Shown: in pieces, positions 55,040-64,000 of the stretch | Layout of the letters: each line of letters starts with the position of its first letter | Numbering within the stretch: position 1 is the stretch's first letter | From: Octopus sinensis | Taxonomy: Eukaryota | Direction: 5' to 3' | Assembly: GCF_006345805.1 (NCBI RefSeq) | Contig: NC_042998.1 | Span: forward strand, 149,916,001 to 149,980,000 | DNA: 64,000 bases | Translations under genes and position numbers: made by a program | The notes under the pieces: model-generated | Told to the model about the DNA's origin: nothing | The model's database searches: none | What the model saw: only the letters and a program-made list of their open reading frames with translations

Positions 55040-58000
55040 AACTTAGATAGACTTAGATATGTTTCGACCAAAGATTGGTCCAGGCCATGTCTAACTTAAT
55101 AGCACCACCTGATAGGATTATCTAAATCCTGTTTAAGTCAAGTTTTGTTTATGGTCCATTCAATTAGTGAGTTTTTGTTGGGTGAGTTGTATCCAATTAT
55201 GGGTGGCTTATCTGGTATTCCTTGAAGGAATCTATCCAGACTCCGTTTAAAGTTGATGGGATCCTTTTCCTCTTTGATCTCTTTCGGGACAATGTTAAAT
55301 AGGGCAGGGCCTGTTAAGGAAAAGAAATTATGTTGCAGTGTACATATATGCTGTGATCCTGAATTGGGCAGGGGACGTATGGCCTGTGGTCCCAGTCGTG
55401 GATGAACGTTGAAGCTAATGTTCAGGTCGCTTGGGCAAAGTTGGCGGTATATTCTCCACATCGTACAAATGATGTACCGCTCACGGTGGCGCTGGAGAGA
55501 GAGTAGAGATTCAAGGCTTTAAGGTGGTCCCAATAATCGAGAGCAGCCATGCCTTCAATTCGTTTTGTGAGTGCCCTCTGAATTGATTCAATCCTCGAGA
55601 TGTTTTGTCTTGTATGGGGAGACCACAGTGGGCAGCAGTATTCGAGGTGTGGCCGTACAAAGGAGGAGAAAAGTGGTATGATGACACCTTGTTCTCTGGA
55701 CCGGAAGGTTCTTAAGATCCAGGAACTCATCCTACGAGCTATATCGACCATATTGTTGAAGTGGGCATTCCAACTGAGATTGTCATCAACAATTACGTCC
55801 AGGTCTCTGATATTGTTAGAGGCTGTGAGCGGTTCCCCTGAAGGAAGAGAGTATGGCTGTTTTATTGTGGACTTTCTCCCAAAATGCATCAGCTCAAATT
55901 TTCCCTCGTTCAGTTGCATTTTGTTTGTCTGCCCATTGACTCACAGCATGTAGATCAGACTGGAGTTGAGTTCGGTCTGCTTCTTCATTGATGATTTGCT
56001 GGAGCTTAGTGTCATCAGCAAATATTTTCACTTTTCAGGAATGTACGACACTGGAAAGGTCGTTTATATAAATTATAAAGAGGAGCGGGGTCAAAACATT
56101 CCTCTGGGGGACACCGCTGGTGACTTTTGCTGGGCTTGAGTGGACTCCCTCGACTACATGTTGTGTTCTATTCGCCAGGAAATACTTGATCCAGTGTAGA
56201 AGCTTTCCACGGATTCCAACATTTGCCAACTTTGAGAGTAGGATATTATGGCCAACCCTGTCGAACGCTTTACTGAAGTCAAGATATATGACATCAGAGT
56301 GCGAACCTGTTCCCAAGGCTTTAAGTATATCTTCAATGTGGTGTAAGAGCTGTGTTAGACAGTCCCTGCCACAGCGAAAGCCATGCTGATTTGCATTTAG
56401 GAGTTTGTGGGTCTCCAGGAAGTCAGCTATCCTTGATCTTAACACTCTTTCAAACACTTTAATGATGTGGGATGTGAGTGAGATTGGGCGATAGTTGACT
56501 GCGAAATCCGGGATGACAGACTGGGATAGAAGCTGTTTCAGTATATAACCTGAGTCTAACGAATTTCTCCAGAGGTTGGTCAGAGGGACTGCAAGTTGGT
56601 GTCTACATTTCTTCAGGAGACTAGCGGGGAATCTATCAGGGCCTACAGCAGAATAGTATTTGACTTCATTTATTGCTGCTATGATGTCAGAGGCAGTGAA
56701 TGTTATGTCTGAGATTTTATGTTGGGTATCAACTTCATTCGTTTCTCTTACGTCAATATCAGTGGGAACACTAAAGACAGAGCAGTATTGTTTCTGCAGT
56801 ATTTCTGCCATTTCTTTAGCATCGTGTTGTGGAATGCCGTTATCATCAATCAATGGCCCAATGGGTGAGACAGTGGTTCTATGCTTATTTGCATAAGAAT
56901 AGAACACTTTTGGGATCTGTTTGATGTTTTTGATTACCCACTGTTCCTCCACAGCTCTTTGATTTTCAATGGAGGTTTTCATGTCTGTCTGCAGATGAAG
57001 ACTTTCTAACTCCAGCCTTTTCCTTGTTGTTGAATGTGGATGTTGTATGTGGGAATATTTTAATTGGTTGACTTTTTTATTGAGTCTTTTGATGCGCCTG
57101 ATGAGTGTTTTTTTTTCTTTTTAGGGAGCCGATTTCTGTTAGTGTTAGTGGATTTCGTAGGAGCGTGTTTTGAGCATGTATAGGTGACAATGTTCTCAAA
57201 GTGCAGCCATGCGGTCTCATTTGGGTGGAATTCAGAGTAAAAGACCAGTCGGTGAAAGACAGATCCTTTCTGATTGCTCCCCAGTCCGCTTTGTGGAAGT
57301 TTATGTTGTCAAATGAATGCTATGGAGTGGGATTGGTTGGTTTGGTTTTTATATGTCGGGAATTAAAATTGCAGAGTACCATGTCGTGGTCTGAGACGGC
57401 AGTTTTTTCAATTGAAATACTGTGAATAGAGCTAGAGTGATCCAAGATCGTTTTATTCTGTACTGTTGGTTCGAGCACTAGCTGAGTCAGGAAGAATTTA
57501 TCCATTAGATTAAAGAGGAATTCTGCTGCTGCTTTATCTGATGTAGAGCATTTGCCTAACTTCAGAGTATTTGTGGGCCAGTTTATATGAGGGAGGTTAA
57601 AATCACCCATCACTAGTATGTTTCCGGAGTTGTATTTTTGAAGGAAGGACTTGATTTTGTTAAGGCACTCTTCAAAGCACTTTAGAGGTGCTTGGGGAGG
57701 CCTGTAAAGACCAGCAATGATTATGTCTTTGGCTTTGTTGAACAGTGATATAGATTCACAATAGCCATTGGAAAATATGTTCTTGGCATCAAGTGAAAAG
57801 GAGTCCCACCCTTATTTCGGTCTGTGCGATCTGCACGAACGATGGTGAAATCTTTTATTTTCACCTCGGCATCCATATGTGTGTTGTTTAGGTGAGTTTC
57901 AGTAAGGATAAAGAAAGGGAAGCAATGTGTTATTTCGGCAAGCCAACTCTCTATATATGGGATCTTCCATTTTTGGGCAATGATTGATAGGTTGATGCTA

Positions 58001-58450
58001 CGTATATTTAACAGGAATGTCGAGGTAAGGTTGGTTTGATGTTTGCGTTGTTCTAAGTTATGTTTTATGTTGTTCAGTGGTAACAATGTGGGTAGTTTTT
58101 TTTATTTAGCTGTGTGTGTTTGATTTTCTAGTTGATAGTGGGTGTATGGTCCTTGTGATTTACATAAATGGTTGCTGATAGCTCGTTGGATCTCCTGGCT
58201 TAGGTCGGGCTTCATATTTTCTGGGTAAGTCAGTAAAAAAGAGTTGCCTCTTTGGTTTGCCATTTGATCAGAGGATACATAGTTCATGTTTATGTTATTT
58301 GATGTTATGGCTTTTTCATGGTTCTATCTTCGTTGTTTGATTGTAGGAGGTGAAATGTGGTTGTATTTTGTTGTTGTTGTCGTAGGTCTTCTCTGTTACT
58401 GTTTATATTTATTTTGCGATCATTTTGTGCCCTTCAGATGGTGGTGGTTG
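55040..58450 (-). mobile_element. Near full-length CR1/L2-group LINE (APE endonuclease + RT), frameshifted
   Basis: APE: ILTETHL, MGDFNLPHINW, SDHDMV. RT: NYRPISLTS, QHGFR, YLDFSKAFD, SGVPQ, IFADDT (56008-56025). C-terminus RPHLEYCCPLWSP, FKRSLDRFLQGIPD. Short atctaagt tail. Confidence 0.93.
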
Positions 58451-58453
58451 CAT

Positions 58454-58490
<37 letters not shown>

Positions 58491-58633
58491 ATTTATATAG
58501 AGGGCATTATACATACATGCCAGGAGGCATTATACATACATGCCAAACGCTAAGAGGGACAATCAGTCATTTCTACCAAAAATATTACTAATCCCACCGA
58601 TGCAATTTTTCAAAGTAAGACATTTAAAAATAT

Positions 58634-58681
58634 AGACCTGTATCACAGTGATTTCATACTTACGTAATCATCAGCAGGCCT
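58634..58681 (-). ncRNA. Type I hammerhead ribozyme (copy 1)
   Basis: Minus: aggcctg-CTGATGA-t-tac-gtaa-gta-t-GAAA-tcac-t-gtga-TA^caggtct. 7-bp stem I, AUA triplet. Confidence 0.82.
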
Positions 58682-59108
58682 GAATGTATTATAAATAAAC
58701 AACGACCCTGCCTCGCTTAAGCCGATCAGCTAACTGATCAACATCAACGAAGCACATGGTGAGTTTATATATATTACATCCGGGTAAATGGCAAACTTTT
58801 ACGAATTGCATTTCGGGAGAGGAAAAGTTTTTTCGGAATAAAAATTTAGCAATTAAGGACAACTACTAATAAGGAAAACTTAACAAGAAATTGTCAGGTA
58901 GATAGCGTAAAAACCTCATAAGAGAAAAAATTTCGAAAATAATTATTTCTTATTGAACATATTAATTTATATATAGAGGGCATTATACATACATGCCAGG
59001 AGGCATTATACATACATGCCAAACGCTAAGAGGGACAATCAGTCATTTCTACCAAAAATATTACTAATCCCACGAATGCAATTTTTCAAAGTAAGACATT
59101 TAAAAAAT

Positions 59109-59156
59109 AGACCTGTATCACAGTGATTTCATACTTACGTAATCATCAGCAGGCCT
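59109..59156 (-). ncRNA. Type I hammerhead ribozyme (copy 2)
   Basis: Identical motif 475 nt from copy 1. Confidence 0.82.
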
Positions 59157-59680
59157 GAATGTATTATAAATAAACAACGACCCTGCCTCGCTTAAGCCGA
59201 TCAGCTAACTGATCAACATCAACGAAGCACATGGGTGAGTTTATATATATTACATCCGGTAAATGCAAACTTTTACGAATTGCATTTCGGGAGAGGAAAA
59301 GTGTTTTCGAATAAAATTTAGCAATTAAGGACAACTACTTAATAAGGAAAACTTAACAAGAAATTGTCAGGTAGATAGCGTAAAAACCTCATAAGAGAAA
59401 AAATTTCGAAAATAATTATTTCTTATTGAACATATTAATTTATATATAGAGGGCATTATACATACATGCCAGGAGGCATTATACATACATGCCAAACGCT
59501 AAGAGGGACAATCAGTCATTTCTACCAAAAATATTACTAATCCTATATATATATATATATATATATTAATTCACAATAGTAAAATGACAATAAAAGAACG
59601 AGACCTCTATGTGATGAAAATAGAGGAATTTATATGTGTGTGTGTGTGTATACATATATACATATATTGTGTGTGGTGTA

Positions 59681-59716
<36 letters not shown>

Positions 59717-59781
59717 TGTATGTATGTATGTATGTATCTTATATTATATATATATATATATTATATATATATATATATATA

Positions 59782-60664
59782 TGCGGTCATCTTATAAATG
59801 ATGCGGTTTTTCAATTGCCTGAACTAAAAGTCGATGGGGGACTGGATAAATTACCTGCACCAACTTGCTATAAAAGGAAATAGTAATTTTACCTTGTACT
59901 TATTCTTAGCGCAAGTTTTGAAGGATGTTTTTCGATTTCAACAGTTATTTTTTTAGAAGCTATAATGTAAATGACAAAAGGGCATATTCGGCATATTTTA
60001 CTTTATAAGTTCAATAAAGGCTACAACGCAAAATAAAGTGCAGTATATGGGAATCGGACAATAAGCGTAAGCCAAAGTCAACGGCGCTTCCAGAAATTCT
60101 GAGCCGGAAACTAGAGCCTAGAAGATGAGCCTCGTCCTGGAAGGTCTGTAGTACTCAACGACGACGTCCAGTAAACCCTGGTGGAACAAAACCCATTGTA
60201 ACTGCGGAGAAACTTAGATTTAATCACTCAAGTCAGTGCTAGAAGAAAAACGACTATCTTTGGTTTCAAGGCGAAAAGTGTTTTTCTATCAGGATAATGC
60301 TTGGCCACATACAGCAAGGATGACATTCCAAAGGCTGGAACAGTTTGAATGGGAAATGATGCCCCACCCACCATATTCCTCGGACATTACCCCATCTGAT
60401 TATTATTTATTCCGCAGTCTTCAAAATCATTTGGACGAAAAAAATATAAATTCTGTAGACGAGGTCAGAACAGTACTGGAGAAGTACTTTTCGTCACGGA
60501 CAAGTGAATTTTGGAAGAGGGGACTTGCAAGTCTACTAGATAGATGGAAGAGCATAGTAGAAAATTAAAGAGAGCATATTTTGGTTTAAAGAGGAACTTG
60601 GTTTATCTTAATTTTGAAAAGTAAAAGTAGTATAAAAAACCGCAATATGTATGTGATGACCCAA
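59782..60664 (+). mobile_element. Internally deleted mariner (DD34D) element
   Basis: Imperfect ~30-bp TIRs (tgcggtcatc..gcggttttt / aaaaaccgc..gatgacccaa). N-terminal HIRHILLYKFNKG; FYQDNAWPH-(34)-PHPPYSSDITPSDYYLF. About 880 bp, lacking the middle. Confidence 0.9.
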
Positions 60665-60676
60665 TCTCTCACTCCC

Positions 60677-60749
<73 letters not shown>

Positions 60750-60894
60750 AATATATATATATATGTATATATATATATGTATGTATACACACAATATATA
60801 TAAGTATGTATATGTGTATATATGCTTTATATATAGATATCTGCTTCGATACAGAGAGAGACAGAGAGAAACAAAGAAAGACAGATAGGCAGGC

Positions 60895-60966
<72 letters not shown>

Positions 60967-61357
60967 TCAGCAAAATATCTGGTGCACTGGCAACATGGTT
61001 ACATGAGGCAAAGCTTTCCAAAAGTTACCAAATTTATAGCCGTCTGTATTCCATAAAGAAAATTCCAGCACTGAGAAAGACTGGTTCCTGTTCTTCCAGT
61101 GAATGAATTTAGAAGATATAAAGAAGTTTTATGAATGAAAACACACAAACACTCATACATAGTGCAAACATATATATATGTATGTAGGTACGTATGCATG
61201 CATGTATGTATGCGCGTATGTATATATGTGTGCGTGTTTATGTTTATGTATGTATATATGTATATAGGTTATATTATATTAGTGTATGTATAATCATCTA
61301 TATATTTATACATATATACTTATATATATATATATACATGCACACACACTCACACAC

Positions 61358-61395
<38 letters not shown>

Positions 61396-61449
61396 TATAT
61401 TATATATATATATATATAAATGTATAAATACATGCTTTTGTATAGGTGC

Positions 61450-61487
<38 letters not shown>

Positions 61488-62261
61488 TAAATATACATAT
61501 ACGTATATACATACAATGAATGCGTACGTGTGTAAATATATTTATAAGGAATGAATGGTCCATGCACAAGTGTGTGTGTGTGTGTGTATGTGTGTGTGCG
61601 TGTGTGTGCGTGTGTGTGTGCATTGATACATATGTAATTAGACAGATACATACACTAATAGGTACTAATACATAGAAACATGCATATACACACACAAGCA
61701 TATGATATTCATAAAGTTATGCAAACATACATTTATATGTGTGTACATGTATGTTTGTGTACACAGCTATGTATATTTGTATACCGCCATTTTTGAAAAA
61801 CTAATCGTTTATTAGGAGCTCCAGTTAAAATATGTGAAACTTTCAGTAACTCCGTCGTCCATATTTGCTCCGACATTTTTATTGTTGTTTGAAATCTCAA
61901 CAAAAGAATCATGTCTGTCGGTTGAAGAGTGGCTTTTGTTGTAACGTCTGAATTTCAATGGACAACACAATGGATAAACATAACCTCCACCAACCTCACG
62001 TAGGAAAACCTCCTACACATACACACATACACATACCTGTATGCACAGACGTATGTATATATGTATATATGTATGAGTGTCAGTCAACGCGTAAATGCAT
62101 ACATGTATATGTGTGTGTGTTTGTGCGCGTGTGTGTACATTTTATGTATGTATATGTATATACACAAGTATACATATATATATATATATGTGTGTATATA
62201 TATATATATACACACACACATACACTTCCCCGTCTCTCCCACTCTCTCTCTCTCTACCACT

Positions 62262-62312
<51 letters not shown>

Positions 62313-63010
62313 CAACAAAAGAATGTCGTCTCTGTTCGTGATTGACTTTTGCACTATCGGATGAACTTAGATCAAATAAGGATGGAAGAGAGACACGAAC
62401 ACACACATTCAGACACACGCACGCGCACATATACACAAACACACACACACACGGTGGCTAACAAAACACAAATGCTCTGACAAATACAAAATTTTCTACT
62501 TATATATATGTGTTTGTGTTATATATATCTCATATATGTCATATAGACATTTATATATATGCTTAATATGTATGTATATGTGTATGTATATATGTATATA
62601 CTTATATCTATATGTTTATATATACACACACATATATACACGTATACACATAGACACTTATATGTACATCTATATGTGTGTGTGTGTGTGTGCGTGCGTT
62701 AGTGTTTGTGAGTGAAGGTATATCATTACCTTTCTTTTTCTTATGAGTAGAAAATTTCCCGCGCATCACTGTATCTGCTTTCCCTTGTGTCACTTCGGTG
62801 CACGCTTGAGCCTGGAACCGCTGGAAAATTATTGTAATTCTTTGCTTTTGTAACATTAATCGTAGCTGGTTTCTCTTTACCCTGTTGAAGATTAGATCAC
62901 AGATATCAGTTTTCTGAGCTGTATGTTAGGGTCTACAATCCGTTAGTGACTTCTCTATAGAAACGTTCGGTCTACGGATGGACTGAAACATTTTGAAACT
63001 GTTCACATAA

Positions 63011-63373
63011 GCGCAGGTGTGGCTGTGTGGTAAGAAGCTTGCTTTCCAATCGCATGGTTCCAGATTCAGTCCCTTGGGAAAGTGTCTCCTACTATAGCCT
63101 CGGGCTGACCAAAGCTCACCGAAACTTAAAGAAGCCCGTCGTGTATATATAGATATGTGTGTGTGTGTGTGTGTGTGTGTATCTAGGTGTGTATGTCTTT
63201 ATGTACGTGTTTGCCCTCTCACCCCGCTTGAAAACTGGTTTGTTGTGTTTATGTCCCCGTACCCTAGCGGTTCGGCAAAAACGACCAATAGAATATGTAT
63301 TAGGCTTAAAAATAAGTCCTGGGGTCGATTTGTTCGACTAAAATCCTTTCAGATGGTGCTCCAGCATGGCCAC
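63011..63373 (+). mobile_element. SINE family 2 copy
   Basis: Head, microsatellite and 3' module colinear with 15287-15700. Confidence 0.85.
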
Positions 63374-63495
63374 ATCACGTTTTTAGCGGAAGCATTGACT
63401 GTGTCTTTGATATAGTCTTATCAAATACTCAGGTGAATTCTGATAACCGAAACAAATACTTTTGAAATCTATTTTGTTATAAATTCTTCAACAAG

Positions 63496-63654
63496 GTGCG
63501 GGCGTGGCTGTGTGGTAAGAGACTTGCTTCTCAACCACATGGTTCCGGGTTCAGTCCAACTAGGAGGCATTTGGGCAAGTGTCTTTTACAATAGACTCGG
63601 TTCGGCAAAATCCTTGTGAGTGAACTTGGTAGATGAAAACTGAAAGACGCTGGT

Positions 63655-63655
<1 letters not shown>
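63496..63655 (+). mobile_element. 5' module of SINE family 2
   Basis: ggcgtggctgtgtggtaag..ggttcagtcc..ttgggcaagtgtc. Confidence 0.8.
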
Positions 63656-63689
<34 letters not shown>

Positions 63690-63691
<2 letters not shown>

Positions 63692-63870
63692 ACCGCTGGA
63701 CTCTACAAGTTTTTTTTCATTCTTTCTCTGTTTATTTCTTCTTATTCCTTTCTGTTGAAGAGCGTGGGTTCGAAACGTAAAAGACATTCATTTTCCCGAG
63801 CGTCAAACTAATACACTTGCTTGTCGTTCATACACCTGTCTTCGTCTTTTCTTTCTCTATAAATTTCATT
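63690..63870 (+). mobile_element. Short TA-inserted element with minimal HHR-like motif (CUGUUGA)
   Basis: cttt-CTGTTGA-a-gagc-gtgg-gttc-GAAACGTA^aaag (63748-63783). Related to 44494-44710. Confidence 0.6.
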
Positions 63871-63899
63871 TACATATATATATGTGTGTGTGTGTGTGT

Positions 63900-63950
<51 letters not shown>

Positions 63951-64000
63951 TGTGTGTGTGTGTGTATGTATGTGTATGTCTGTATTTGTCCGCCACCACC

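Larger units (their letters stand above)
58494..59543 (-). mobile_element. HHR-containing tandem element (~2.2 x 475 bp) in (TA)n; retrozyme-like
   Basis: Unit starts agggcattat at 58501, 58977 and 59450; near-identical units. Internal doubled hairpin ggcat-tatacatac-atgcc. One HHR per complete unit. Confidence 0.88.

Overview
AT-rich, microsatellite-saturated eukaryotic non-coding DNA. The SINE, microsatellite and TE make-up looks like a cephalopod (Octopus-like) genome; this is inferred from repeat style, not from a database hit. No host protein-coding exon can be supported, and almost all ORF-track entries are microsatellite artefacts. The window holds several tRNA-derived SINE families and fragments of at least four LINE clades (R4/Dong-like, CR1/L2-like, RTE, L1/Tx1). 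It also holds a Penelope GIY-YIG fragment, a full-length Tc1 (DD34E), a deleted mariner (DD34D), non-autonomous Helitron-like elements and a 100-N gap. The main hidden signal is about 15 type I hammerhead ribozyme (HHR) motifs, 7 with a canonical core and all three stems. Most sit in non-coding 0.2-1.1 kb elements inserted in or next to (TA)n tracts, as head-to-tail repeats (about 587, 511 and 475 bp units) and/or with an inverted partial copy. This is the architecture expected of Penelope-mobilised retrozyme-like elements that could release circular RNAs. A recurrent CCGA (U4C) core variant and a tRNA-SINE carrying an HHR-like tail also occur. All folds were done by eye.
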